A DNA stretch of 63,917 nt, counting the filler, from Basidiobolus ranarum (taxonomy: Eukaryota): NCBI GenBank assembly GCA_040143965.1. It is 53 parts of 53 records of this genome, joined end to end, with 100 filler letters (N's around TTAATTAATTAA, not from the genome) between each part and the next. Parts side by side here need not be neighbours in the genome. Positions count along the whole stretch, not along the records: positions 50,784 to 51,887 come from JASJQH010006410.1; positions 51,988 to 53,091 come from JASJQH010006411.1; positions 53,192 to 54,295 come from JASJQH010006412.1; positions 54,396 to 55,499 come from JASJQH010006413.1; positions 55,600 to 56,703 come from JASJQH010006414.1; positions 56,804 to 57,906 come from JASJQH010006415.1; positions 58,007 to 59,109 come from JASJQH010006416.1; positions 59,210 to 60,311 come from JASJQH010006417.1; 45 more parts are not named here. One strand, written 5' to 3'. The notes below the pieces were generated by a model. That model saw only the letters and a program-made list of their open reading frames with translations, was not told the origin of the DNA and did no database searches. This document shows, piece by piece, positions 50,784 through 63,917 of the stretch. The translations under genes and the position numbers were made by a program. Every line of letters starts with the position of its first letter. Position 1 is the stretch's first letter.

Positions 50784-51887
50784 AAATTTTGATTGCTTTT
50801 TGGTCATAATTTTGACATCAGCAATGCATCCAAAGATCCTCAAATATTTGACATCAGGTTTAGCTCCAAACCAAGCTTGATATGGTGCAGACTTAGACAG
50901 ACTTCCATTAAAACTTCTATTCTTCAGATATACAGTTGTAGCAACACATTGCATCCAAAAGTTATGAGATAAATTTTGTGCATTTATCATAGATCTTGCC
51001 ATTTCAATTATAGTCCTGTTAGCTCTTGCAGCAACTCCACTGTGTTGAGGTGAATAGGGGGCAGTAGTTTCTTGCTTAATTCCATGAACTTTGCAAAAGT
51101 GCTCAAATATTGCGGAAGTATATTTTCCACCATTACCAGTATATATTTTCTTGATTTTTGTTCCAGTTTCTGTCTCCACAAGTTTTTAAAATCTCAAAAG
51201 ATAGAGAGAGCTTCTTCTTTTCTTTCCATAAATAGACCCAGGTGTATCTTGTATAATTATCAATAAATATGATTAAATATCCTTTTCCACCTAAAGATAA
51301 ATTTTGCATAGGTCCACACAAACCTGATTGAATAAGATCCAATTTTTTTGCAGATTTTATTAAACCAGAGCTCTTGAATGGTAGCCTGGCTTGTTTACCA
51401 TATATACAACCCTCACAAATTTCCATTTTGGTCAGGGATTAATTTGAATTCCAGAAATTAGGCAATTTTTATTCATTTTGCTCAAATAATCATATCCCAT
51501 ATGGCCAAATCTCTTGTGCCATAATTGAGTAGTTTCTTGATAGGAATAGCTTATATTTACATATAAACATCTATATGTAAGTTTGTATAAGCTCTGATCC
51601 TTTTCTCCCAAAGCTAAGTAATTCCCATTTTGATCAGTGATGATGCATCCTGTTAAAGTATTTGGGAGCCTGTTGGAAGTGGTTTAAGAATTTGAGGAAT
51701 TGGTGGTTTGTTGAAATTAGCATTGCCTAAACACCTATATAGTCATATATAGCTCACTAAGATATTATCAATTATTCTCAATTGGAATTCACTTTGAATA
51801 TTTCACCAACTTAGAAGTTCTCAGATATATAGTTTTTTCAAGCTTGTGCTAGAAGCCCCAAACTTTGCACACATGTTCCTGGGACCT
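50784..51887 (-). mobile_element. Copia integrase, with family D LTR pieces from 51651
   Basis: CEGCIYGKQAR, GNGGKY, TAPYSPQHSGVA. Confidence 0.9.
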
Positions 51888-51987
51888 NNNNNNNNNNNNN
51901 NNNNNNNNNNNNNNNNNNNNNNNNNNNNNNNTTAATTAATTAANNNNNNNNNNNNNNNNNNNNNNNNNNNNNNNNNNNNNNNNNNNN

Positions 51988-53091
51988 GTAGATCTCCTGT
52001 CTTCAATATCTCTTCCCCAATTTGCATCTCAATATCCCATCAGATCAAAGTTTGATCCAGAATTTGTGTATTTTAAGCATAGATCAACAGTACCTTTCAA
52101 ATATCTGAAAATCCACTTAACTACTATGATTCAATCAGATCCATAATTTTGAAGATATTGGCACATAACTCCCACAGAATATGCAATATCTGGGCGTGTT
52201 CCAACCATGATATATATCAAACTACCAACCATAGATTGATAAGGAAATTTCTGGCTTTCATTTAAATCCAAGAACGTCTAATTTGAGCCATTTTTGGTCA
52301 AGTTAAGATTTGTCTCCATAGGGGTAGATACTTGATTACATTCTTCCATTTTAAACTTTTAAAAAGACCCTGTTTAGATCCAAGACCTCTAAACAAACTA
52401 CTACAGGATGATATATTTCCTATCCCTAGGATCAATGACATCTTTTCCTCACTCTCAGGAGCTCAAGTATTCTCTAAATTATATTTAAAAGATGCTTATC
52501 ACCAATTTCAGATTCACCCAGATCACCAACACAAGACTGCTTTCATGTGGAGAAACATGCAATGGATGTTTCAAGGAGCACCCTTTGGACTCAAGACATT
52601 GACCAGCAAGTTTCAAAGAGTTATGACTATCATTCTCATAGATGCTAGCTATGCCTTAGTGTTTGTTGATGATGTTATCATTTTCTCAACTGATAGAGCT
52701 GATCATGCAACCCATGTTACTGATATTATCAACCGTCTTACCTCTGCTGAACTTTTTTGAATGCTGAAAAATGTAGCTTTGCTTGCCTTAAAATCAACCT
52801 ACTTGGTTTTATTGTTACTCCTATAGGCCACCAATTAGATCCTTTCAAGTTAGTCAACATTAAGGATTGGCCTAAGACCACTACCGCCAAACAACTTCTA
52901 CACTATCTTGGAGTCTTCAACTATTTCTGGGAACATATGCCACTTTTCTCTACTCTAAGTGCATCACTTGATTCCTTATGACATAACCCAAATCTACCCT
53001 CAGTTTGGACCAAAGCACATGATCAAGCCTTTGATTCACTGTGCACAATGCTTCCCCAAGCTCCTACTCTGTCTTATCCTGACTTTTCCAA
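51988..53091. mobile_element. Copia RT (-, to about 52360) fused to Gypsy RT (+)
   Basis: GTRPDIAYSVG; CLDPRPLN...DAYHQF...APFGL...FVDDV. Confidence 0.88.
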
Positions 53092-53191
53092 NNNNNNNNN
53101 NNNNNNNNNNNNNNNNNNNNNNNNNNNNNNNNNNNTTAATTAATTAANNNNNNNNNNNNNNNNNNNNNNNNNNNNNNNNNNNNNNNNNNNN

Positions 53192-53413
53192 GGTCTCCTT
53201 CGTCAAGGTGTTCTCGGTATTAAGGTCAAGATCAGGTTGGAGTGGGATCCTTCTGGTAAGATTGGTCCTAAGAACCCTCTTCCTGATATGATCACTGTTT
53301 TGGAGCCCAAGGAGGAATCCGCTATTACTGAACCCATCTCTGAGGATTTCCAAAAGAAGGTTGAGGCCCCTGTTGAGGCTGAACAACCTGCTGCTGAGGT
53401 TGAAGCTAACTAA
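53192..53413 (+). CDS. RPS3: 40S ribosomal protein S3 (uS3) C-terminus
   Basis: [38 protein letters not shown]; strong codon bias. Confidence 0.93.
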   Translation, partial: GLLRQGVLGIKVKIRLEWDPSGKIGPKNPLPDMITVLEPKEESAITEPISEDFQKKVEAPVEAEQPAAEVEAN

Positions 53414-54527
53414 GTTTTCAATTAGTCGATTTTTTCATTTAATAAACATATTCTCTTGTTGCTTTCATGGGGTAGCAGTGAGTGATTCAAAACATGAATA
53501 ATTCTATCAATTTGCATTATAACTTGGTGTTCTATCTTGCTCATTGGAAATGTGTAGTTAAAGTTGCCTATATGTGGGATGGGCATAATGTCTGTTCGCT
53601 GGGATTGAGGCGTTACTAGACATTGGAATCGATCAAGAAATTAGTTGGTTACATGGTGATATTACTGTAGTGAATTCATATATGAATCAATTTAAGCTTC
53701 AATCTAACCAAAAATTAATTTACGTGTCAAAAGGTTACTTGAAATATCATATGGTGAAACAAGGACTCAGCCTATTTTCAAACATATTGGGTCCTATAAC
53801 CCTATGAATTTCCGACATTTCTAATCAAATTTCTTCCGTTTTTTCCATATTACGCTACCAAACCAGCTGCGATATACCATTCTATTTTTACTTCACCAAC
53901 GAGATGCTTCGTATCGGGAAAATTAACATTACACCCGTTATCACTGGCAACATTATCGTTCGTTTAATATCTTGAACTACACTTGGCAATAACTATGGAG
54001 TAAACCTATTTGCTCAGGTGGGAATGCAACAATCTATTTATAATGGTACTTGTTGTAAATTTCTACGAATTGACAATATCTAAAATATATGATATATTGA
54101 AATTGTGATATACAATGAATTTATTAACATATTGAACTGATTTGTTCATAAATTATTGTTAGTTAGAAATCACATTTACATGAGTAGAAATTCAAGAAAT
54201 GCACTTAATGTTGATACACATTGTTGTTGGCGGGATGTGAGGTGTTAGTGGGATTATAAGCCTTGGATCCCCATTTAGGGTCGACTTGTTGTGTGNNNNN
54301 NNNNNNNNNNNNNNNNNNNNNNNNNNNNNNNNNNNNNNNTTAATTAATTAANNNNNNNNNNNNNNNNNNNNNNNNNNNNNNNNNNNNNNNNNNNNGTATA
54401 AATGCTTAATTTCTGGACAATAAACAATTATCTCACAAAGCTATTCACAACTCCACTTTTCTAAAGTTCCTCCAAACAGCCCATATTTTCCCAATAGAGA
54501 AGTCTTTGGCATCCATGATAAGATGTG

Positions 54528-55499
54528 CCCTAATAGAAACTTGAGGATTGTTATTGTAGGAAAACCATCACAAATTGAATCCATTTGGGATTGACTCTCT
54601 TCTTACCATCATAAAATCATCAAGTTAGATTTGATTTTAATCAATTTTTTCAGTTTCAGGAGTGAAATTTCAAGATCATGCAAAATAGTTGCACATGATT
54701 GGCTACAATCTCTGAGAACTATGGATCAACATGTGTGCAAAATATGTAATTCAAATTTCACACATTTACCACTTGAATGCTAATTTGTCACCTTCAAAAT
54801 TCCAGTTTCTTTGATATATTCTCCTGAATATTTTTATTGAGTACTTTATATCAAAGGTTTAGCTCATACCCAACACAAGTTTGTATATATATCTCCATCA
54901 AAGCCTACCATTTTATTAATGTTGCTGAATCAACATTCTTCCAGCTATCTGGCAGATACCCTACAATATTGTGCCACTCTGTATTCAGTTCTTCCCAGAT
55001 ATCTGCATGGTCAATACCAGACTGAATGTTCTTCTTCTGAAGCCACTTTCTGCATATTTGCACTCCATTTTTCCCTTTATCCTTTTGAAAATACTCCTCA
55101 AGCACTTTTACTATTTTCATACATCCCTGTAGTGTGACACTACTGAGGGTGCTTTGCTGTGTTTGTGTGGCTTTTGCTTGCCTTTAACTTTGGGGCTAAT
55201 TTCAACACTTTGAAAAGTACCTGTTGAGGTTTGAGAGCCATGAGTTTTATTTGCTGGTGTTTTGGTTGTTGAGAGGTGCCAGGTGTTGGATAAACTTCCA
55301 AATTTAGCACTCTTCCAACTGGTGTACCTGGTTCCATGGTGATATTAAGCTCTTTTGCCCAATTACCATTTGCTTGCAAAAACCCAGGATAAGTGACCTG
55401 AAATAAGTCAAGAACCGTCAGAGTAATGCCTGATTTTTGGTTTTTCCACAATTGACTCCAGGTGATTTTGGGCAAGATTCCACACAGTTTCCAAAATGT
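54528..55499. mobile_element. CMC left end (+, from 54528) with the accessory ORF C-terminus on the minus strand
   Basis: CCCTAATAGAAACTTGAGG terminus; ORFs 54905-55120 and 55140-55475 (-). Confidence 0.7.
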
Positions 55500-55599
55500 N
55501 NNNNNNNNNNNNNNNNNNNNNNNNNNNNNNNNNNNNNNNNNNNTTAATTAATTAANNNNNNNNNNNNNNNNNNNNNNNNNNNNNNNNNNNNNNNNNNNN

Positions 55600-56600
55600 A
55601 TTAAGATACCATCAAGAAACCACCGTCACACCATCAAAATCCCTGGCAGAATGCAAGCCAATGATATTGTGATGGTTCTCTGACAGTTTTGCTATTTTGG
55701 AGGGTGGATCCAATCCGGATCAAATCAATTTTATTTTTGTTGGGTTTCAAATATCTGAAAATCTACTCAACTGCTATGATTGGATCATATCAGTCATCTT
55801 GAAGATAGTGACACACAACTTCCACAGAATATGCAATCTATGGCCATATTCCAACCAACATATACATGAAATAATCATCCAAAGATATGTAAGTAAACTT
55901 CTGGGTCTTATATGAATCCAAGAATTCCAGATTGGAGCTGTTTTTGGTCCCGTTAAGATTGGTCTTTATTGGGAAAATATGGGCTGTTTACAGGAACTTT
56001 AGAAAAGTGAAGTTGTGAATAGCTTTTGTAAGATAAATAATTATTGTCCAGAAATGAAGCATTTATAAATTTTGGTGGAAATATAGAAAACTAAAGCTGG
56101 GGTTGTGCTCAGAGCATCTGTGGGAGTAAAATGAGCTATCTTTGGGGCAATTTGGAGGAGTTTGAAATTTCTAATATGGAATTGCTAATTCTCACATTAT
56201 CACTTTTATACAAAATATGTTCCAATTTGTGATCAAGTGATATTTGACTAAGTAATCTTAAGTAACTTGTGTGAGATATATGAAATAGTTAGGTGTAAAA
56301 AGAAATATTAAATGCATCATGATCAAGATTTACCAATACATTTCTGGGCTGAATTGGTTGTAACTGCAGTATATATTAGGAATATATGTCTTTCTAGGTC
56401 TCTATTGGCTATGACATTTTATCTTTCAAGTTTATTATCTTTATCATATTTGTTATCTCTATCTTTATACACCTAAATATTTCAAATATCATACATGAGT
56501 TAGTTAAGAATACTTAGTCAAATATTACTCAACTGCAAAGCAAAACATATATCATATATATATGTGAGTAATGTGAGAAATATACACATATTCCTATGAG
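55600..56600. mobile_element. CMC right end, Copia RT remnant, and family C LTR copies
   Basis: Family similarity; LTR end TATTGGG at 55967. Confidence 0.7.
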
Positions 56601-56803
56601 AATAAGGATCTAATTCGGCTTAGTAATGCTGATTGGGGACATGATATTGAGGACAGAAAATCTATCACTGGATATACCTTTCTCTATAGTGAGGCAGCCA
56701 TATNNNNNNNNNNNNNNNNNNNNNNNNNNNNNNNNNNNNNNNNNNNNTTAATTAATTAANNNNNNNNNNNNNNNNNNNNNNNNNNNNNNNNNNNNNNNNN
56801 NNN

Positions 56804-57906
56804 TCTTTTATAGTCCTGTTAGCTCTTTCATCATCTTCATTTTTTTGAGTTTAATTGAGGGCAGTAGGTTCTTGCATAATTCCATGAACTTTGCAAAAGT
56901 GCTTAAATAATGTTGAAGTGTATTCTCCACCATTATCAGTATATATTTGCTTGATTTTAGTTCCAGTTTCCGTCTCCACAAGTGTTTTAAAATCTCTAAA
57001 GATAGACAGAGCTTCTTCTTTTCTTTCCATAATGTAGACCCAAGTGTATCTTGTATTATTATCAATAAATGTGATTAAATATCTTTTTCCACCTAATGAT
57101 AAATTTTTTGCATAAGTCCACACAAATCTCAATGAATTAGATCCGATTTTTTGACAGATTTAATCAAACCAGAGCTCTTGAATGGTTGCCTGGCTTGTTC
57201 TCCATATACACAATCCTCACAGATTTCCATTTTAGTTGCAGGGTTAATTTTAATTCCAGAAATTAGGAAATTTTTGATCTTTTTGCTCAAATAATGAAAT
57301 CCATCAGGGCCAAATCTCTTATGCCATAATTGAATAGTTTCTCAATTTGAATAACTTACATTTACACATAAACCTCTTGGATTATATGTAAGTTTGTGTA
57401 AGTTCTGATTCTTTTCTCCCAAAGCTAAATGATTCCCACTTTGATCAGTGATGATTCATGCCTAACAAAAATAACATTGATTTGATCTGGATTGGATCCA
57501 CTCTCTAAAATAGCAAAACCATCAGAGAACCATCACAATATTGGTGGCTTGCATACTGCCAGGGATTTTGAAGGTGTACCAGTAGTTTCTTGATGGTATT
57601 TTGACAATATTCATATATGTTAAAATATTGATCCTCAAATTTGGCATGTGTTAATCAATATCTAGCAATTTTTGCAAAAAATAATTTTCAAATGGCAAAT
57701 TACTGGGTTTACTGCTGTAGGAATTTGATTTAATATGCATGCCTTTATTTTGATATTTTAGGCTTTGTATTCCAGCCATAATGAGAATCAAAAAATACAA
57801 GAATCTCATCGTGTTCAGTCTCTACATATGCACATACTTGACTGATTAGACATAACTCAACAACATCAATATGCTTTACCTGCAAACTAACAGTGGAAAA
57901 ATTGCT
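56804..57906 (-). mobile_element. Copia integrase interrupted by a CMC right end (from 57460)
   Basis: IYTDNGGEY; CCTAACAAAAATAAC terminus. Confidence 0.85.
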
Positions 57907-58006
57907 NNNNNNNNNNNNNNNNNNNNNNNNNNNNNNNNNNNNNNNNNNNNTTAATTAATTAANNNNNNNNNNNNNNNNNNNNNNNNNNNNNNNNNNNNNN
58001 NNNNNN

Positions 58007-59109
58007 TTCCTTGTAGGAATGGTGTGCTTCTGCTGTCCTGGTATGTACAACGTCATCAACGGTATGGGTGCCGGTGGCCAGATGGATGATAGTACTGCTA
58101 AGGATGGTAATGTAGCCCTGTATGCTTCTTTCGCTGTATTCGGTTTCTTCGGTGGTGCCATCTACAATTATCTCGGAGTCAGACTCACCTTGTGCATTGG
58201 TGGACTCTGCTATGCTCTTTACTCTGGCTCTCTCCTCAACTACAATCACACTGGTAACAAGGCCTTTGTCATTGGTTCCAGTGCTGTCCTTGGTCTCGGT
58301 GCTGCTTGTCTCTGGACAGCACAAGGTGTGATCATGATGTCCTACCCATCTGAAGGTCAGAAGGGTAAGGCTGTTGGTCTGTTCTTTATCGTGTTCAATC
58401 TTGGTGGTGTGCTTGGTGGATTCATTCCATTCGGTATGAACTTCAACTCCAACCTTGGTGCTGTCAGTGATGGGACATATGCTGCTTTCTTGGGTATCAT
58501 GATTGTTGGTGCTTGCATTAGTTGGCTGTTACTTCCACCATCCAAAGTGGTTCGTGATGATGGATCTAAAGTCCCAGAGCAGAAGTTTGATGCCAATATC
58601 GTGAAAGAGGTTGTTGCCACTTTCAAGGTGTTCACACATAAGCAGATTCTCTTGATCACCCCATTCTTGTTCTGTGTCACTTTCTACTACTCTTACGAGT
58701 TCGGAGCCATCAATGGAGTTCTCTTCAGTGTTCGTTCTCGTTCCTGGAACAATGTATTCTACTGGGCTTTTGAGATGCTTGGTGCTTACGCTCTTGGCCA
58801 CTTCCTTGATACTCCTAGATACGATCGTAAGACTAAGGGTCTCTATGCCTTGACTGGTGTAGTTGCCATTTGCATGTCTGTATGGGGTGGTTGTTTGGCT
58901 TTGCAATTGCAATACACTCGTGAGGACCATCCTCGTGATCTCGACTTCATCAACACTCCAGGAGCATTCTGGCCCAAGTGGTTGTTGTACGTACTTTTCG
59001 GTCTGTGCGATGCTTTGTGCCAGACTCTTCTCTTCTGGATTCTTGGCTCACTCTCCAACGACTCCACCGTTCTTGCTCAGTATGCTGGTTATGCTAAAGC
59101 TATTCAATC
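58007..59109 (+). CDS. UNC-93-like (DUF895) MFS membrane protein, truncated at both ends
   Basis: VCFCCPGMYN, GLGAACLWTAQG.IMMSYP.E..KG, FNLGGVLG; multiple hydrophobic segments; intronless here. Confidence 0.88.
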
Positions 59110-59209
59110 NNNNNNNNNNNNNNNNNNNNNNNNNNNNNNNNNNNNNNNNNNNNTTAATTAATTAANNNNNNNNNNNNNNNNNNNNNNNNNNNNNNNNNNN
59201 NNNNNNNNN

Positions 59210-60311
59210 ATACCTTACTATGCAAGCTCCTGAATGTCTCAAACAGTTGATTTACTTCTCTACTATCCAGGGCACCATATTCTCCTAAGAATAGAGTAAC
59301 CAAAAGATACTACCATAAGTTGCCTGTATTATTCAAAGTCTATCCTTATTATGTCAAGATACTCTAACAGAGCCTATCTGGTATAGCTCATTAAGATTGT
59401 ATTTTCTGTTAAATTAGCATTGCCAAGTCACCTATGTAGTCATATATAGCTTAGTATTCAGTCAACTTATATTTCAATTGGATATTACCCACTACTTTTA
59501 ACCAGAATTTACTTAGAATACTTTTACCAGCTGTGAAATTCCCAGATAAGTAGGCATCTTCAAGCCTGCACTAGAAGCCCCAAAATCTGTTAACTTTCTA
59601 CTCAATAAATTGTTAAGTGAAAACAACCAAATTGTCTAATTCTCCAACCCACTTCCTACCAGCTCCCAAATATTTTGTCCCAAGCTTGTACTCTCCATAA
59701 AGCCAACTTCTCAAATCTCTGGAACTTTTGCCACTGCCAAAAAATCGGATGGAATCAATTATCAAGTTTGGCAAATTTAGAAGAAATTCTGCTGCAAGAA
59801 AAAAGCTTTGGGATACTGTTGCAGGAGAACAAAGAATGCAAAACTATCTGAGACCAAAGTTTTACTCTAGGTTATAAAAGAACAAGGGCCTTCAACACTA
59901 TTTGTCTTAATGGAAAGACAAATTCCTGATTCAATGTGCTAGAGCCAAAATTCCCAAGGAGGTATAAAAAGCCTTGGGAGCCACCTTTCAAACATGTTTT
60001 ACTGCCAACAAGATGCTTCTAAAAAGACAATTCTTTGACTTAAAGATGAAGCTAGGAGAAGATATTAAATTGCTAATTAATGGAGTCACTATTATAGTAG
60101 ATGAAATGGAATGCATTGGAGTACCCACTATCATTTAGGATTTCATAGATACAGTTCTAAATAGCCTGCCACACATATTTCAGAACCTACTAATGGCTCA
60201 ACAATAAGGACCATAAAATTTGACCTCCAATTATGTATTTGGCAGACTCCTGGCAGAAGATTTCTGCATATGAGGCTCCAGCCAAAAGAATGAAGAAAAT
60301 GCTGTAGTAGC
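59210..60311 (+). mobile_element. LTR B remnant, LTR D (59407-59677) and heavily decayed family D gag
   Basis: Similarity to 43751-44658. Confidence 0.75.
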
Positions 60312-60411
60312 NNNNNNNNNNNNNNNNNNNNNNNNNNNNNNNNNNNNNNNNNNNNTTAATTAATTAANNNNNNNNNNNNNNNNNNNNNNNNNNNNNNNNN
60401 NNNNNNNNNNN

Positions 60412-61513
60412 AATTTCACTCCTGAAACTGAAAAAATTGATTAAAATCAAATCTAACTTGACGATTTTATGATGGTAAGTAAACGGTCAATCCCAAATGG
60501 ATTAAAATTGTGACGGTTTTCCCACAATAACAATCCTCAAATTTCTGTTAGGGTTACTTGAGTTAGTTTCTGGCATGTTAATGTCTTCCAAAGTGGACAG
60601 TGGATTGCTAGATTGCTCATCAATTAAGTCCTCTGTTCTTGCTGGTTTTTTTCCTCTTGTGCCAGCAAGCTTTGTCTTGGAAGCCAATTTTGACTAAGAT
60701 TTTGAATGCTTTTTAAATGGCATTGAAAATTTCAGATGGTAAACTTGGTGTAATGGAGTTGCTTTGAAACAGCTTGCAATAAACCAAAATTGCCATCCAT
60801 TACCAGAAATATTGTGTAAATCCCCTGATGACTCATCTGTGACACTGTCTCAGAATCAGCTGATGCTATTGATTGGCTATACCTAAAAACCACTCTTATG
60901 TGGGAGGTGTTCTTTTTTCTACAATATCCTTCTCATGCCACAACACAAATGTTTAAAGAAGCCCTGCTATTATTGTCACAAATTCATGTGCTATGAAAGC
61001 CAGCAGCTTAATAGAAAAAATAATCTCATTCATGGTCACTGTACAAAGCCACCAGCTGCACAAAGCTTAGTGCATAACAATAGTAATAAGTACACCAAAT
61101 TGACTTTATTTTGCCCATGGAGTCCATGGACTGTAGTTTGCCTCAAAGTTCTGGTAACACTGCCAAAAGTCAAGATACCATGCAGTTACCACATTTATAT
61201 GACCAGAATGATATAGGTCAAAATGCAACTTTGGTCAAACCAGTAGGTCCAGACAACTTTGAGGAATTGCTGCTAGATGTTGACCTTGGTTATTCCAGTG
61301 CTGATGGTAGTATATCAGAAGTTGAAGAAGAAGAAAACAGTTTTGTTACAGACTCTTTGGCATCCGCAAACATTAGTCCACTCATAACACTTACTGTAAA
61401 GAAAGCAGCTTTGATTATTGAGGAGTGGAGAGTTCAATCCAATCTTAGCAACCAGGTGTTTATTGGTTTTCTTACACTTTTACCACAGTTGATTGGCAAC
61501 TGTTGCTTGCCAC
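60412..61513. mobile_element. CMC centre: accessory ORF start (-, about 60722) and transposase start (+, about 60935), head to head; a left end is inserted at 60553
   Basis: ORFs 60502-60687 (-), 60935-61216 (+) and 61111 onward (+) match the family fragments elsewhere. Confidence 0.7.
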
Positions 61514-62815
61514 NNNNNNNNNNNNNNNNNNNNNNNNNNNNNNNNNNNNNNNNNNNNTTAATTAATTAANNNNNNNNNNNNNNNNNNNNNNNNNNNNNNN
61601 NNNNNNNNNNNNNAATAATGGATAATATCTTAGTTCAATATAAGATAACTAAGTACTAAGCTATATATGACTATATAGGTGTTTAGGCAATGCTAATTTC
61701 AACATTTATATTGTGACAAAACTATAAATGTCAACTGAATACTCAATAAATCAACAAGTGAAAACCACCAATTTCTCTGGTTCTCCAAACCACTTCCAAT
61801 AAACTCCCAAAATACTTCAACATGATGTACATATCCATTGGTGTGACACTGCTTGCGGACTAGTCATATCAGTGATTAATTTCACTTGAACTCATAGACG
61901 TTACTATCAGCAAGGAACAAGCTACTTGCTAATAACATTCTGTACATAGATAACTAGTTAAACCACAACAAATGTAGGGTATTAAGACTTTACCTAAGAT
62001 TTAGAAAGATTATTCCAAATGCTGTTCAAAATGCCAAGTTTATTGTGAACAAAGTACACTCACATGCCTTAGATTCAGTAAACATGCATAATTTATGTTG
62101 CAGTGAACAAAGGGTTTCCATGTGGGATCACGTGCTTTGCCCTTAAGGGTAGCACCTGGAATATTACCCTGCATATGACAATGTAGAAATTTTAAACAAG
62201 ATTTCTAGACGGGGTCCTGTTGTATAGCTGGTGCAATGTTGTATTGTGTTTATAGGATTGTGGCATTCGATATAACCGTCACCCTAATATTTACATTTTT
62301 CTTTAATCTGGATATATATCTTTATGAAGATAGAGTAAATGAAAAACTGAGGATGCAAAGGATCCATGGTTGGCAAATTGGTAAAGCAAACTAACTCCAG
62401 AGAAAGTATCTAAAACCCTAACAATAACATATTTACGAGTGGAACAAGTCCAGAACTTTCAAGTGAAGTGTAAGTCACATAGACCGGACAAGGTGTCACT
62501 AATTTCTTGGCGGTACTGAAAGGAGATTCTTTCCCATCGTTCCAGAGATTCCACAAGTTGGTCATGTAGAAATCAGAAAGCTATCACGAACATGTGGATA
62601 TATAGAAAATACCGGTATCTCAATAGTTAAGCAGAAAATCCATTGAAGAAATCTAATTATATTACTCCTGTTTCCAATGAAAGAGAAGAATTCCCCACTA
62701 CGAGCCCTATGAAATNNNNNNNNNNNNNNNNNNNNNNNNNNNNNNNNNNNNNNNNNNNNTTAATTAATTAANNNNNNNNNNNNNNNNNNNNNNNNNNNNN
62801 NNNNNNNNNNNNNNN

Positions 62816-63917
62816 CTTGTGGACTCCCTGCAGGAAGAAAACTATTGGTAATAGATAGGTGCTGAAACTGAAACTTAACTAAGATGGATGTATCAACTGG
62901 TACAGAGCAAGATTAGTAGTAAAAGGCTATGATCCAAAACATGGCATTGACTATGATTAAAAATTTTCTCCCGTTGCAAAGTTTACCTCAATCAGAGTAA
63001 TCCTAGCCAATGCTACCCACCAAGAAATGCTGATTAAACAAATGGATGTCAAGACAGTATTTCTTAATGGAGAAATTGATGAAGATAAATACATGGGTCA
63101 ACCAGAGGGATATATTGCAAAAGGAAACAAACATCAAGTATGCACACTACAGAGAAGTCTATATGGTCTGAAAAAGGCTCCTAGTGCATTGAATACTAAA
63201 ATCAATCAGATCTTCCCCTAGCAAAAATAAAATTGATTTGATCTGGATTGGATCCACCCTTCAAAATAACAGAACCATCAGACAACCAACACAATATTGT
63301 TGGCTTGCATTCTGCCAGGGATTTTGATGGTGTGATGGCAGTTTCTTGACAGTATCGTAATGGTATTCATACATGTTAAAATATTGTTTCTCAAATTTGG
63401 CATGCATTATTCAATATCCAGCAATTTTTGCAAAAATATAATTTTTGAATGGCAAATTGCTGGGTTTTCTGCTGTAGGAATTTGAATTAATATGCATGCC
63501 TTTGTTTAGTTATTTTAGGCTTTGTGTTCCAGCCATAATGAGAGTCAAAAGTACAAGAATCTGGTTGTGTTTAGTCTCTAAATATGCACATACTTGACTG
63601 ATCTGACATAACTCAACAACATCAATATGCTTTACCAGCAAACTAATGGTGGAAAAATTGCTAAACATCTGAAATTTTGATTGGCACTGACACTTGGCAA
63701 ATAGCTGACTCTTGTTATTGTTCATAAAGAGAATAAGCTCTGGGACTTTGTCAAATTTCTGCAAAGAATTAAGCCAATATATCCCTGACTTGCAGTCAAC
63801 AAATGTCCTGCCACAAGTAGATATGTCATTGCTTGAATAGATTACCCCATGGCTAAAACAATAATACTGCATATCTCCTTCTATCTCACCAAGAAGTCTG
63901 TCTTGCAGCTTTCCCAA
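62816..63917. mobile_element. Decayed Copia RT (+) interrupted by a CMC right end (from 63216)
   Basis: QMDVKTVFLNG, SLYGLKKAP; CCCTAGCAAAAATAAAATTG terminus. Confidence 0.88.

Noticed and set aside
57959-59067. Long antisense ORFs over the MFS gene (and similarly over RPS3 and VMA13)
   Set aside because: Shadow ORFs arising from codon bias of the sense genes.
62211-62285. Weak tRNA-like A box (GTATAGCTGG) and TTCGA
   Set aside because: The stems do not pair; no cloverleaf.

Overview
This window is not contiguous DNA. It is about 53 unplaced contigs of about 1.1 kb, roughly sorted by decreasing length and joined by artificial 100-bp spacers (N-run + TTAATTAATTAA six-frame stop + N-run). The source is a repeat-rich eukaryote, most plausibly an early-diverging fungus, judged from short GT-AG introns and fungal-type G-alpha, Vma13, Rps3 and subtilisin genes. 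Most of the sequence is nested, degenerate transposons: several Ty1/Copia families, at least three Ty3/Gypsy families, a LINE, a high-copy CMC/EnSpm-type DNA transposon with CCCTAAC termini, and a MITE. These repeats show strong CpG decay. Host gene fragments include a proline-rich protein, V-ATPase subunit H, two tandem subtilisins, a group I G-alpha, Rps3, an UNC-93-like MFS protein, a tandem small secreted orphan protein, U6 snRNA and a tRNA-Pro pseudogene. The top finding is a miniature LTR retrotransposon (TRIM) at 23024-23456. It has the structure LTR - half-tRNAiMet PBS - 51 bp internal - PPT - LTR, and its 282-bp LTR carries a complete 73-nt tRNA-like cloverleaf with Pol III A/B boxes; two more dispersed copies occur in the window. 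Other notable items are a Copia family with non-canonical TG...TA LTR ends, a self-priming Tf1-type Gypsy, and a CMC transposon with divergently oriented genes.
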